Positions 1 through 9,706 of a stretch of DNA of 64,000 nucleotides are shown piece by piece. The notes beneath the pieces were generated by a model. The model had not been told where the DNA came from. It saw only the letters and a list, made by a program, of their open reading frames with translations, and did no database searches. Position numbers and translations under genes: made by a program. The stretch is from an uncultured Actinomycetes bacterium (GTDB lineage Bacteria > Actinomycetota > Thermoleophilia > UBA2241). The stretch spans positions 416,001 through 480,000 of the forward strand of contig CAVYCN010000004.1 in NCBI GenBank assembly GCA_963767005.1, in the 5' to 3' direction. Within the stretch, counting starts at the first letter, position 1; every line of letters starts with the position of its first letter.

Positions 1-763
1 TGAACGGCGCGGCGGCGGTGGCCGCGGCGAGCGCGCCGAGGGCGCGCCGCAGGGCGGCCGCCAGGGTGCGCGGGTCGGCGTCGAGCACGTCGGGCTCGTG
101 GGCGGCGGGGGCGAGTCGCAGCTCGTAGGGCCAGCGCGCGGCGGCGGGGGTCCAGGCCACGATCGGGCCGTCGAAGACGAGGAGCGAGCCCTCGTCGACG
201 ACCGTGCCGATCAGGTCGCAGAGCAGGCAGCGGCCGTACTTGAGCTCGTGGCGCCGGAGCTGCTCGAGCTCGCGCACGAGGACGGGCGGCACGATCGGCG
301 TGGCGAAGACTTGCGAGTGCGGGTGGGCGAGCGACGCGCCCGCCGCGTGGCCCTGGTTCAGGATCACGGTGACGGCCGCGGCGCCGGCCGCGGAGAGCGC
401 CGCGATACGCCGCTGATACATGGCGACGACGTCGGTTACCTCGCCGAGCGACTGACGGTGCAGCGGCACGTCGTGGCGCGGCGAGTGGATCACGACCTCG
501 TGGCCGCCCTCGAGCACCGGGAACTTGTTGGGCACCACGCGGACCGTCCAGCCCGGGCCGTCGGCTGGCCCGCCGCCGGGCCGCATGACGTCGACCTCGG
601 GCGGCGTCAGGCCTTCGTTGCCGGCGCAGAAGGGGCAGGGGCGGGGGGCTGCCTCGGCGTCTCCGCCGCCGGCGTCGTGGGGGCGCTCCTCGCGGCGTGG
701 CGCGACGATGGTCCAGGCGCCCGTCAGCGGGTCGCGCCGCAGGACGCCGAGGCCGGGGTTCAC
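1..763 (-). CDS. galT: Galactose-1-phosphate uridylyltransferase-like protein (3' end runs off the window)
   Basis: Manual minus-strand translation gives RRDPLTGAW, CPFC, WTVRVVPNKFP and GASLAHPHSQ (HPH nucleophile motif). The GTG at 763 overlaps the stop codon of the upstream cyclase. Not in the ORF track because it is truncated. Confidence 0.85.
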   Translation of the reverse strand, partial: MNPGLGVLRRDPLTGAWTIVAPRREERPHDAGGGDAEAAPRPCPFCAGNEGLTPPEVDVMRPGGGPADGPGWTVRVVPNKFPVLEGGHEVVIHSPRHDVPLHRQSLGEVTDVVAMYQRRIAALSAAGAAAVTVILNQGHAAGASLAHPHSQVFATPIVPPVLVRELEQLRRHELKYGRCLLCDLIGTVVDEGSLLVFDGPIVAWTPAAARWPYELRLAPAAHEPDVLDADPRTLAAALRRALGALAAATAAAPF

Positions 764-1737
764 GAGTGCAGGACGAACCGGTCGCCGCCTGCGTGCTTGG
801 CTTCGTACATCGCCCGATCGGCGCGCTCGAGGAGCGCGGCGGCGCCGTCGTCGTCGGGCCGCACCAGCGTGCCGCCGACGGAGATCGTCATGGCGATCGC
901 TTCTTCGGTCGGCGTGACGAAGGTGGAGCCGTGCACCACGTGCACGGCGCGCTCGCCCACGTGCCGCAGGTCGTCGTGGTCGCCGATCGCGCTCACGACG
1001 ATGAACTCGTCGCCGCCGTAGCGGCCGAGCAGGTCCATCTTGCGGGTGCCGTCGGACAGGATCGTGGCGACGAAGCGCAGGGCCTCGTCGCCCGTGGCGT
1101 GGCCGAACGCGTCGTTGATCGCCTTGAAGTCGTCGATGTCGATGTGGGTGACGCCGAACCGCTGACCGATGCGCCGGTAGAGCTCGAGGTTCTGTTCGAG
1201 GACGACGTCGATGTAGCGCCGGTTGAACAGGCCGGTGAGCGGATCGGTCACGGCCGTGTCGGACAGGTGCTGGATGAGGCGCGTCACCTCGCGGCCGGCC
1301 ACCGCCTCGAGCTCGCCGAAGACCTCGACGCCGAAGGTGACCCCGTCGATCGAGAAGCGTCGCGTCTTGACGTAGACGGCCAGGCGCTCGCCGTCCTCGC
1401 GCTTGAGGAAGACCTCGTTCACGTCGCGCGGGCGGCCGTCGGCGATGCATTCCTGCAGCGGGCACGACGCGGTGCAGAGCTTGTGGCCGTAGACGTCTTC
1501 GTGCACCAGGATGTCGTCGTAGCAGTGACTGCCGACCACATCGGCCGCGGCGTAGCCGGTGATGCGCTCGGCGCCCTCGCTCCAGTACACGATCTCGCGC
1601 TGGTCGTCGGTGACGTAGATGCCCTCGGGGATGGCGTCGATCAGATCGGGCAGGAAGCGGTCGAACGTACGCCGTCCCCACACGCCGGCGCGGCGCTCGA
1701 GGTCGGGCCTGTCGCGAAACGGAGGCGTCGTGCTCAC
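760..1737 (-). CDS. PAS-domain diguanylate cyclase
   Basis: N-terminal PAS (WSEGAERITGY), TDPLTGLFNRR, DIDDFKAINDAFGHATGD, RYGGDEF. Confidence 0.92.
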   Translation of the reverse strand: MSTTPPFRDRPDLERRAGVWGRRTFDRFLPDLIDAIPEGIYVTDDQREIVYWSEGAERITGYAAADVVGSHCYDDILVHEDVYGHKLCTASCPLQECIADGRPRDVNEVFLKREDGERLAVYVKTRRFSIDGVTFGVEVFGELEAVAGREVTRLIQHLSDTAVTDPLTGLFNRRYIDVVLEQNLELYRRIGQRFGVTHIDIDDFKAINDAFGHATGDEALRFVATILSDGTRKMDLLGRYGGDEFIVVSAIGDHDDLRHVGERAVHVVHGSTFVTPTEEAIAMTISVGGTLVRPDDDGAAALLERADRAMYEAKHAGGDRFVLHS

Positions 1738-1777
1738 GACGCGGCCCCCGTGATGCCAGAGGTGTCCGGCGCCACGC

Positions 1778-2530
1778 TCACGATTCCAGGTCGATGCTGC
1801 CGTCGCTGGTGAGCGCGGTCTCGAGGGTCGGTTTGTCGACGTCGTCGCGCGACTTGTAGAGCCGCTGCGCGTCCTGCACGCGCTCGTAGTCGTCGTCGAT
1901 GATCGCGCCCAGACGCCGCCACAGGCACACGTCGGTCTTCAAGTACTTCTCCTTGATCTCGTCGGTGCACTCGCCGGCGACCGGGCAGCCGTAGCAGACC
2001 TCGTTGTCGATCACGGTCTTGGCCACCTTCATGCGCTCGCCCTCGTCGATGCGCCGGTAGGCGTCGAGCAGGAGCTCCTGCACGCTGCCGGTGATGCGGA
2101 TGATGAACTCGGGCATGGCGTCGGAGGTGTCGAACTCGAACACCCCGTTCTGCCAGTGCGCCAGGGCGAAGACCTGGTCGAGCGTCTGGCGCAGCATGAT
2201 GTTGCGGACCTGGTCGGCCGTGCTGTAGCCCTTCTCGAGCAGACGCTGGCCGAGCGGCTTGGCCTTCTTCTCCTCTTTGGAGAGGAGGGTGTCGGCCATG
2301 AGCACCTCGGACAGCTGTGTCTCGTTCAGCAGGCCGGCCTTGACCAGGCGCGTGCCCAGCTTCTCGTCGGTCATGGGCAGCGAGATGCCCTGCACGCGCC
2401 CCTCGATCAGGTAGATGAAGCCGTACTCGTCGAAGTCGCGGACCTCGAGGATGCCGGTGGCCTGCTCCTGCGCAAGGAACTGCAGGACGCTCGCGAGCTT
2501 GAACTTGCGTATAGAACCGCTCAGCAGCAT
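1778..2530 (-). CDS. DUF4388 (PatA-N-like) protein with C-terminal Cys cluster
   Basis: LSGSIRKFKLASVLQFLAQEQATGILEV start, LGTRLVKAGLL / LGQRLLEKG motifs, WQNGVFEF; C-terminal CYGCPVAGEC..C. Confidence 0.75.
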   Translation of the reverse strand: MLLSGSIRKFKLASVLQFLAQEQATGILEVRDFDEYGFIYLIEGRVQGISLPMTDEKLGTRLVKAGLLNETQLSEVLMADTLLSKEEKKAKPLGQRLLEKGYSTADQVRNIMLRQTLDQVFALAHWQNGVFEFDTSDAMPEFIIRITGSVQELLLDAYRRIDEGERMKVAKTVIDNEVCYGCPVAGECTDEIKEKYLKTDVCLWRRLGAIIDDDYERVQDAQRLYKSRDDVDKPTLETALTSDGSIDLES

Positions 2531-2640
2531 GGTGCGGACCCGGTCGCCTCTCCCTTTGTCGCTGGTTTTCGGCAGAGTATGGCAGAAATGTTAGGATGCT
2601 CTGACGTTGCCTTCGAGCCGCGCCGGTCCGAGCCTGCGCG

Positions 2641-2670
2641 TTGACCCTCCCCTGCGAGGCTGGCTATACT
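2641..2670 (+). promoter_or_regulatory. sigma70-type promoter for the rpmH operon
   Basis: TTGACC-N18-TATACT, 35 nt upstream of the rpmH start. Confidence 0.6.
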
Positions 2671-2705
2671 TGCCCCTTTGGACACAGTGAACGAGCGAGG
2701 ACGCC

Positions 2706-2840
2706 GTGAAGAGGACCTATCAACCCAACACCCGCAAGCGCAAGAAGACGCACGGCTTTCGCAAGCGGATGAGCACGAAGGCGGGACGGGCGGTCATCAA
2801 GCGGCGGCGTCAGAAGGGTCGCAAGCGCCTCTCAGCCTAG
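2706..2840 (+). CDS. rpmH: 50S ribosomal protein L34
   Basis: Manual translation [44 protein letters not shown]; GAGGA RBS. Confidence 0.97.
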   Translation: MKRTYQPNTRKRKKTHGFRKRMSTKAGRAVIKRRRQKGRKRLSA

Positions 2841-2851
2841 GCCGCCGGCCC

Positions 2852-3226
2852 GTGACGGCCAAGCGCTCGCGCCTCACCCGCTCCAGCGACTTTCAGCGTG
2901 TCTATCGCCAGGGAAGCTCGACGGCGTCGCGCTTCTTGGTGTTGCACTACTTCGCCCAGCCGGCCGGCGGCGGCGAGCCGCGTCTCGGTCTGTCGGTGTC
3001 GAAGAAACTCGGCGGGGCGGTCGTGCGCAACCGCGTCAAGCGCCTCTTGCGTGAGGCCTTCCGCGAGTGTGCCGAGCGGCTGCCCGGGGACTACGACTAC
3101 GTGCTGATCGCCCGCCCGCATCTGACCGAACTGCTCGACGGGCCCGACAAGGGCGCCGTCCCGGCGGCCGTGCGCGACGTCTTCGAGCGCGCCGGCCAGC
3201 TCCAGAAAGGCTCCCCCGCATCGTGA
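2852..3226 (+). CDS. rnpA: Ribonuclease P protein component
   Basis: [40 protein letters not shown]; lies directly after rpmH. Confidence 0.95.
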   Translation: MTAKRSRLTRSSDFQRVYRQGSSTASRFLVLHYFAQPAGGGEPRLGLSVSKKLGGAVVRNRVKRLLREAFRECAERLPGDYDYVLIARPHLTELLDGPDKGAVPAAVRDVFERAGQLQKGSPAS

Positions 3227-3447
3227 TCCGCAGCATCCTCATCGCACCGATCCGGTTCTACCAGCTCGCCATCTCACCCATGCTCGGGCAGCGCTGCAAG
3301 TACTATCCGAGCTGCTCCGAGTACACGATCGAGGCGATCCGCGTGCACGGTCCGCTCAAGGGCCTGGCACTGGGCGCCTGGCGCATCCTGCGCTGCAACC
3401 CCTACAGCCACGGCGGCGTCGATCACGTGCCGCCGCGCCACGCCTGA
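3223..3447 (+). CDS. yidD: Membrane protein insertion efficiency factor
   Basis: [32 protein letters not shown]. Confidence 0.95.
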   Translation: MIRSILIAPIRFYQLAISPMLGQRCKYYPSCSEYTIEAIRVHGPLKGLALGAWRILRCNPYSHGGVDHVPPRHA

Positions 3448-3451
3448 GACC

Positions 3452-4465
3452 ATGATCCACCTCGCCGTCTACCTGGCCGCCTTCGCCAACAACCCGGTCT
3501 ACCACGCCCTGGGGCAGATCTTCGGCCCCTTCGTCCATCTCCTGCGCTACGTCCTGCGCGAGATCCACGGCGTGCTCGGGAGCTGGGGCTGGTCGATCGT
3601 GATCCTCACGGTGATCGTGCGCCTGTTCCTGATGCCGCTGACCTTCAAGCAGTTCCGCTCGGCCCAGTCCATGCAGCAGCTGCAGCCCAAGATCAAGGAG
3701 ATCCAGCGCAAGTACAAGAACGACAAGCGCAAGCTCCAGGAAGAGACGATGAAGCTCTACCAGGAGTACCGGGTCAACCCCTTCGCGTCGTGCCTGCCGC
3801 TGCTCATCCAGATGCCGATCTTCATCTGCCTGTACTACGCGATCAGGTTCACGCCCGAGATCAAGTCGGCGAGCTTCCTCTTCATCCCGTCGCTGGGCAA
3901 GCCCTACCTGCCGCTCTTCGCCTTCTACATCGCCTCGCAGCTCTTCTCGACCGAGCTCATGATGACGCCCGAGACCGACCCGCAGCAGAAGTGGATCATG
4001 CGGGCCATGCCGATCTTCTTCGTCGTGATCCTCTACAGGTTCCCGTCGGGCCTGCTGGTCTACTGGGTGACGACCAACCTCTGGACGATCATGCAGCAGA
4101 TCATCATCCGCCGGACGGCGCCCAAGCACGAGCTCCAGCCGCAGGGCGCCAAGCCACCGGGTCGCTTCATGCGTGCGCTGACCCAGGCTCAGGAGCGAGC
4201 CGAGGAGCAGCGCTCCTCGACGGGCGGTGCGCGCGAGGCGCGGGCGGACCGCCCGCGCAACGGCAAGCCGTCGGCGAGCCGCTCGGGCGACGCCCGCGCC
4301 GCCAAGAGCGGGACGGCCGGCGATGGGCAGCGCCAGGGCGGCAGCAAGTCCGGTGGCGGCTCCGGGCAGAAGCGGCCCGGACAACGCCCCACGACCAAGA
4401 GCGGCAAACGTCCCCAGCGACCCGGCGGCACAGGCGGCAGCCCCAAGCGTAGACCGACCGACTGA
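3452..4465 (+). CDS. yidC: Membrane protein insertase YidC/Oxa1 with long basic C-terminal tail
   Basis: WGWSIVILTVIVR, LQPKIKEIQ, CLPLLIQMPIF, GLLVYWVTTN. Confidence 0.95.
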   Translation: MIHLAVYLAAFANNPVYHALGQIFGPFVHLLRYVLREIHGVLGSWGWSIVILTVIVRLFLMPLTFKQFRSAQSMQQLQPKIKEIQRKYKNDKRKLQEETMKLYQEYRVNPFASCLPLLIQMPIFICLYYAIRFTPEIKSASFLFIPSLGKPYLPLFAFYIASQLFSTELMMTPETDPQQKWIMRAMPIFFVVILYRFPSGLLVYWVTTNLWTIMQQIIIRRTAPKHELQPQGAKPPGRFMRALTQAQERAEEQRSSTGGAREARADRPRNGKPSASRSGDARAAKSGTAGDGQRQGGSKSGGGSGQKRPGQRPTTKSGKRPQRPGGTGGSPKRRPTD

Positions 4466-4499
4466 CCGGCAGCCCGACGCGACCCGAGCGGAGCAAGCG

Positions 4500-5228
4500 A
4501 TGGACGACAGCGTGAGCCCACCCCCAGACGAGCTGGCCGACGAGACCGAGTTCGCCACCGTGGCCAGCGCGGCCACGCTCGAGGCGGCCAAGAAGAAGGC
4601 GCTCGAGCAGTTGCGTAAGGTCGTGCCGTACGTGCGCGAGGACGACGTCGAATTCGTCGTCGTCGACGAAGGCGGCCAGGGCGGCTTTCTCGGCATGGGC
4701 AAGTCGCAGCCGCGGGTCGAGGCACGAGTCCTGCCCGGTGCGGTGGCCGACGCCGGCGATGTCGTCGAGGCCTCCGAGGCGCTCGAGAAGCTCGACGCCT
4801 TCATCTCGCAGGTCACCGCCGGCATGGGGCTGCAGGTCGACGTCGAAGTCTCGCAGGCCGGCGACGCCGTGGTGGCCGACATCGCCGGCGACGACCTTGG
4901 GCTCCTGATCGGCCGGCACGGCCAGACGCTCGACGCGCTGCAGTACCTCGCCGCGATCGTGGTGAACGGCCATTCGCACGCCCGCCGCCAGGTCATCGTC
5001 GACGCCGAGGGCTACCGCAACCGCCGCGAGGTGTCGCTCAAGGCGGTCGCCGAACGCGCCGCCCAGAAGGTCGAGCGCACCCGCAACGAGATGGTGCTCA
5101 AGCCGATGACCGCCGCCGAGCGCAAGATCGTGCACCTCCACCTCAAGGACCACCCCAAGGTCGAGACTCGCTCCGAAGGCGACGAGCCGCAGCGCTCGGT
5201 CATCGTCTCCCCCCGCAAGCGGCAGTAG
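4500..5228 (+). CDS. jag: RNA-binding protein Jag/EloR/KhpB (Jag_N-KH-R3H)
   Basis: GFLGMG, LIGRHGQTLDALQYL, ERKIVH, SEGDEPQR. Confidence 0.93.
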   Translation: MDDSVSPPPDELADETEFATVASAATLEAAKKKALEQLRKVVPYVREDDVEFVVVDEGGQGGFLGMGKSQPRVEARVLPGAVADAGDVVEASEALEKLDAFISQVTAGMGLQVDVEVSQAGDAVVADIAGDDLGLLIGRHGQTLDALQYLAAIVVNGHSHARRQVIVDAEGYRNRREVSLKAVAERAAQKVERTRNEMVLKPMTAAERKIVHLHLKDHPKVETRSEGDEPQRSVIVSPRKRQ

Positions 5229-5430
5229 CCGCGCCGCGCGCCGCGCAGCCGCGGCGCGCCGGAGACCACCGCAGGCACGATCCGGCGGCATGCCGGCGCC
5301 GGCCCGCGCGCGACGGTCAAGCCGCCCGCCCCGGTCGCCGATACCCTTTCTCGCGATCGTGACGACAGAGCGCCGGCCGCGCGGCCGGCCGCTTGTGGCG
5401 GGCCGCGCGGCCCGAGAAGGGAGAGCACTC

Positions 5431-6411
5431 ATGCGAAAGGTCCTCGTCTCAGGCCTCGCTCTCGCCGTGGCGACGGCCGTCCTGGTCGTGGCCGGTTGCG
5501 GCTCGAGCTCGTCGGGCTCGAGCGGCTCGTCGACGGCCCAGAGCACGGCCGACGGCATGACCGCCGCCCAGGTCCTCGCCAAGGCGAGCAAGGCCATGGA
5601 CGGCGTGAAGAGCGCACACTTCACGGCCACCGTCGGCGTCGTCCAGGCCGGCAAGAGCGCGAGCGCTGCGAGTCCGACGCTGATCCTGCTGCACGCCGCC
5701 GGCACGGCCGGCGACGTCAAGGGCGCCGCGGCGGCCGACGTGACCATGACGCTGAGGGCCGGCCTCGACACGATGGCCTTTGCCGTAAAGGAGACCGACC
5801 ATCACACTTGGCTTGGCTATCAGGGCAAGTGGTACGTGGTGCCGGCCGGCAAGACCGCGGCGGCCGGCTCAGGCGCGAGCTTCGGGGGCCCAGGCGTCGG
5901 GGCGGGCTCGATCACGGCGCTCGCCGGCCTCGGCCTCGATCCGCGGGCCTGGGCGCAGTCGAGCACCGTCACGGTCGAGCAGCGCGCCGGCGCGAAGGTC
6001 TATCACGTCAGAACCACGGCCGACACGGCGAAGATCATGAGCGACCTCGTCAAGCTGCTCACAAGCTCGGCGGTGGCCGGCGCGGCCGCCGAAAACAGCT
6101 CGGCCGGCATGGAGCTGAACCTGCTGAAGCAGGACCCCGCCCTGCTGAAGAGCCTGCAGAAAGCCCTCGTATCGGCGTCGGCGCAGGAGTGGATCGACGC
6201 CGGCACCTTCCGCCCGGACCAGGGTCAGCTCGACGCGCGCTTCAGCCTCGCCTCGGGCACGACGACGAACGGGTTCACGATCCACGTCGTCTATCAGCTC
6301 AACGGTTTTGGTCAGGCGGTGAAGGTCGTTGCCCCGAAGCACGCGCTGCCCTTCAAGCAGCTCAGCAAGGGGCTGTCGAAGCTGGGTGCGGCGGGCGCCG
6401 CGGGTCTTTAG
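5431..6411 (+). CDS. Lipoprotein, LppX/LprAFG-like
   Basis: Signal peptide with VAGC lipobox; LAKASKAMDGVKSAHFT; FGQAVKVVAP. Confidence 0.6.
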   Translation: MRKVLVSGLALAVATAVLVVAGCGSSSSGSSGSSTAQSTADGMTAAQVLAKASKAMDGVKSAHFTATVGVVQAGKSASAASPTLILLHAAGTAGDVKGAAAADVTMTLRAGLDTMAFAVKETDHHTWLGYQGKWYVVPAGKTAAAGSGASFGGPGVGAGSITALAGLGLDPRAWAQSSTVTVEQRAGAKVYHVRTTADTAKIMSDLVKLLTSSAVAGAAAENSSAGMELNLLKQDPALLKSLQKALVSASAQEWIDAGTFRPDQGQLDARFSLASGTTTNGFTIHVVYQLNGFGQAVKVVAPKHALPFKQLSKGLSKLGAAGAAGL

Positions 6412-6454
6412 ACGAACGGGTGGGGCGGCGCGCCGCGCAGGCGGCGCGCCGCGC

Positions 6455-7756
6455 TCACCGACCCCAGTCGAAGTCGGGCGCGCGCTTGGTCTTCCAGTCG
6501 GCCGGCACGTTCTCGTCGTCGGTGCGCTGCCCTTTCATCGATTTCGAGATGATCACGCCGCGCGTGACGCCGGTCGTCGCCGGGTCGCCGGAGCCCGAGC
6601 CGCCCTCGCGCGGCGCCGGCGGCTTGACGCGCGTGGGCGCGAGCTGCACTGTGCCGTCGTTGCGGGCGCTCGCGTTGGGCCGCAGGTCGACGCGCTCGTC
6701 GTAGCCGCGATCGGCCAGCGTGATGCGCCCGGCCCCCTCGAGCTCGACGCGGAACTGATACCAGCCCATCGACCACATGAACGTGACCAGCAGCGTGCTC
6801 TCGTTCTCGGAGCCCACGTGCACCTGGGGGATGCCGAGGTGCTCGTCGGTCTCGACGATGCGCTTGGGCACACCGCTCACGTTGAGCAGATCGACCCCGC
6901 GCTGCAGGATGGTGAGGGGCACGAGCTCGTCGTCGGCCGCGGGTGCGAGCGCCGGTTGGTCGGACTCGCCGTTGCCGCCGGCGGCCAGGGCGGCCGCCTC
7001 GGCCACGTGGCCGATCTCGCCGGTCGCCTCGCCGTCGAACGGCGAGACCGCCGGCGCCGCCGCGGCGGCCGGATGGTCGCCGGCCTGCCGGCCCAGGGCG
7101 GCCACGTCGAAGACCGCGATCTCGTCCGCCTCGGCGCCGGCGTTGGACGCCGCCTCTGTGACGGCGGCGGCGTCGCCGCCCCAGGTCTGGCCGGCGCGCA
7201 GGGCCTCGCCCAGCCGCGGGTCGGTGTGCTCGGCGGGCGCCGGTACGGCGGCCTCCGGCACCTCGTCGATCGCGCCCATCTCGGCGAGGTCGGCGGGGGT
7301 GTACTCGACCGTCTGCGCGCCGATCTCGGCGGCCGGCTCGGCCGCGTCTGGCGCGGTCATGGGGCGGCGCTCGGCGGGGCTCTCGCCACGCAGCCGGGCG
7401 AGCTGCGCGACGAGCTCCTGGTTCTCGGCTCCGGCGCGCGCAAGCTGGGCCTGCAGGCGCTCGATCTCGGCGTCCTTGTCTTTGAGCGCGCGCCAGAAGG
7501 CGTCGGAGTCGGCGCGCGCCGGCTTGACGCGCGCGGGTGTCACGGTCGCGATGTCGTCGGCCGGCTCGATGACGGGAGACGACGAAAAGCCCGGCGCGGC
7601 CGCTGCACGGGCGCAGAGCGCGCAGATGTAGCGCTCGGAGCCGTCGTCGTCGACCACCCGCTGCGTCCACTCACCGGCGAGCAGGTGACGGCCGCAGGCG
7701 CTGCAGACCGTGTCGTCGCGATCGTCCTTCGTGCGTCCGAAAAGGCGTCCTAGCAT
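6455..7756 (-). CDS. Hypothetical protein: N-terminal Zn-ribbon (CSAC..CALC), coiled coil, acidic linker, C-terminal globular domain
   Basis: Long ORF with coding-like composition; start codon uncertain (7756 or 7768). Confidence 0.7.
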   Translation of the reverse strand: MLGRLFGRTKDDRDDTVCSACGRHLLAGEWTQRVVDDDGSERYICALCARAAAAPGFSSSPVIEPADDIATVTPARVKPARADSDAFWRALKDKDAEIERLQAQLARAGAENQELVAQLARLRGESPAERRPMTAPDAAEPAAEIGAQTVEYTPADLAEMGAIDEVPEAAVPAPAEHTDPRLGEALRAGQTWGGDAAAVTEAASNAGAEADEIAVFDVAALGRQAGDHPAAAAAPAVSPFDGEATGEIGHVAEAAALAAGGNGESDQPALAPAADDELVPLTILQRGVDLLNVSGVPKRIVETDEHLGIPQVHVGSENESTLLVTFMWSMGWYQFRVELEGAGRITLADRGYDERVDLRPNASARNDGTVQLAPTRVKPPAPREGGSGSGDPATTGVTRGVIISKSMKGQRTDDENVPADWKTKRAPDFDWGR

Positions 7757-7864
7757 GATCGACTCCACGGGTCCTGGGGCTGGTTCTCACTCGATGGGGC
7801 GTGCCCCGCAAAGACCCCATGGTACCAGACTTGGACGGCGCCGGTCGGGCGCCCACCGGTGTGC

Positions 7865-8113
7865 CTACCGGTCCTCGTCGTCGTCGGCGCCGAACTCGAG
7901 GCCGACCGTGTCGGCTCGCGCGATGACGTCCTGGGCGAGCGCGAGGTCACCCTCGCTCACGAGCACGTCGATCGCGCCGAGCCCGGACGTGCCGGGGTAG
8001 GCGTCGTGAAGGCCGCCGCGAAGGGTGGCGGCGATCCCCGCCTCGTTCAGGGCGTTCGAGATCGCCTCCGCCTGGTCGAGATCGTTCGCGGTGGTCGCCC
8101 GTTGCAGCTCCAT
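7865..8113 (-). CDS. DUF2007-like (putative signal transducing, PII-like) small protein
   Basis: QAEAISNALNEAGI..IDVLVSEGDLALAQDVI pattern. Confidence 0.65.
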   Translation of the reverse strand: MELQRATTANDLDQAEAISNALNEAGIAATLRGGLHDAYPGTSGLGAIDVLVSEGDLALAQDVIARADTVGLEFGADDDEDR

Positions 8114-8201
8114 CGTGACACCTCGCTTTCGCGTTGGTTCGACTTGCGGCCGGGCCACGATACCCCCGGTCTGTATACCCCTTCGCCCCCCGCAGGCATC
8201 C

Positions 8202-8447
8202 TCACTCTCCCGGCGTCTCGGGATCGTCGACGACACGCCCGGCCTGGATGTCGGCGAGCAAGCGGCCGGCCTCTTCGTAGTCCTCGTCGGCTACGATGAG
8301 CTCGACGTCGCCGATCACCGGCACGAAGCCGTACACGCTGTTCATGGCGCGGCCGGTGAGCTCGGTCCTGATGCCGGCCGACACGAGCAGGTCACGCCAC
8401 ACGGTGGCGAGGATCGGGTCGCTTACCCTGGCGAGCACCTTGGTCAT
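8202..8447 (-). CDS. DUF2007-like small protein
   Basis: ATVWRDLLVSAGI..VELIVADEDYEEAGRLL. Confidence 0.7.
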   Translation of the reverse strand: MTKVLARVSDPILATVWRDLLVSAGIRTELTGRAMNSVYGFVPVIGDVELIVADEDYEEAGRLLADIQAGRVVDDPETPGE

Positions 8448-8517
8448 GTCGTCTCCGACCTCCTCGACGGCTCTGCCGTCGCCGCGCCGCCCGCCGCGTG
8501 CGCCGCGGCGCCGCGCC

Positions 8518-8757
8518 CTACCGCCTGCTCGCGGGCGGCTGTCCGGCCTCGCGTTCGAGCTCTTCGGCGAGGCGGCGCGCCTCGTCGTAGCTCTCGGCCG
8601 GCACCAGGACGGCATAGCCGCCCATCTGCGGCATGCCGGGGAACGCGCTCGCCCGAGCGCCGATCACCTCGGCGCTCACGCCGCTCGCCTCGAGCAGGTC
8701 CCTGAGACTGGTCGCGGTGATCAGGTCGAGCTCGTCGGCCACGACTTTCGTCTCCAC
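8518..8757 (-). CDS. DUF2007-like small protein
   Basis: ATSLRDLLEASGV..YAVLVPAESYDEARRL. Confidence 0.7.
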   Translation of the reverse strand: METKVVADELDLITATSLRDLLEASGVSAEVIGARASAFPGMPQMGGYAVLVPAESYDEARRLAEELEREAGQPPASRR

Positions 8758-8758
8758 G

Positions 8759-9613
8759 TCACTCCTCTCCAGTCACGAGCTCGCGCAGCGAGTCGAGGTT
8801 CGCGCGGTCGGGGCCGCGGCCGTCGTAGCCGGGGACCTCGAGGATGCCGGGGACCCCGGAGAACGCAGGGTGATTGACGATCAGGCGCATGCCCTGGCGG
8901 CCGATCTCGCCGTCGCCGATGTTCTCGTGCCGGTCGCGGTTGGAGCCCAGCGCCGCCTTCGAGTCGTTCAGGTGTACGAGGACGAGACGCTCGCGGCCTA
9001 CGGTGCGATCGAAGGCCGCGAGCGTCTCGTCGAGCGCGGCCGCCACGCGCAGCTCGTGGCCCGAGGCCAGCAGGTGCGCGGTGTCGAGGCACACGCCGAC
9101 GCGCTCGTCGCCGCCGGTCGCGTCGATCATGGCGCGCAGGTGTTCGAAGGTGACGCCCATGGTGCCGCCGGCGCCGGCCGTGTTCTCGAGCAGGAGGCGC
9201 ACCCTCGAGTCGCCGACCTGGTCGAGCGCCCGGCAGAGCGCGACCCGCACGCGCTCGAGGCCCGCCTCGAAGCCGGCGCCCTGGTGCGAGCCGACGTGCG
9301 TGACGATCGCCTCGACACCCAGCTGCTCGGCCGCCTTCACGGCGCCGACGAGGGCGACGACCGACTTCTCGTAGAAGTCCTCGCTGGTGGTCGCGAGGTT
9401 GATCAGGTAGATGGTGTGGATGACCGCGAAACGCACGCCCGAGTCCGCCCGGGCCTCGCGAAAGCGGGCAGCGTCGGCAGCGCGGTAGAGCTGGGGTTTC
9501 CAGGTCCGCGGGCTGCCGGCGAAGAACTGGATGGCGGCCACGTCGAGCTCGCGGGCGTGGTCGATCGCGGTCCAGACGCCGCCGCTCGCCCTCACATGCG
9601 CTCCGAAGTACAT
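8759..9613 (-). CDS. nfo: Endonuclease IV
   Basis: GAHV, HTIYLINLA, LLENTAG, CLDTAH, HLNDSK, DRHENIGDGEIG. Confidence 0.95.
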   Translation of the reverse strand: MYFGAHVRASGGVWTAIDHARELDVAAIQFFAGSPRTWKPQLYRAADAARFREARADSGVRFAVIHTIYLINLATTSEDFYEKSVVALVGAVKAAEQLGVEAIVTHVGSHQGAGFEAGLERVRVALCRALDQVGDSRVRLLLENTAGAGGTMGVTFEHLRAMIDATGGDERVGVCLDTAHLLASGHELRVAAALDETLAAFDRTVGRERLVLVHLNDSKAALGSNRDRHENIGDGEIGRQGMRLIVNHPAFSGVPGILEVPGYDGRGPDRANLDSLRELVTGEE

Positions 9614-9706
9614 GGCCGCCTCCGGTCCGTCGCCCGAACGCCTGTGGTTCTTCCGCCGCGCGCTTCAGCCTACACGTTGCCGGCGGCGCGCGACACGTCC
9701 GTCCCT

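Noticed and set aside
2531-2705. oriC
   Set aside because: No DnaA-box cluster, no AT-rich unwinding element and no dnaA gene.
2678-2851. N-terminal extension of RnpA in the ORF track
   Set aside because: It overlaps rpmH in another frame; the GTG at 2852 is the plausible start.
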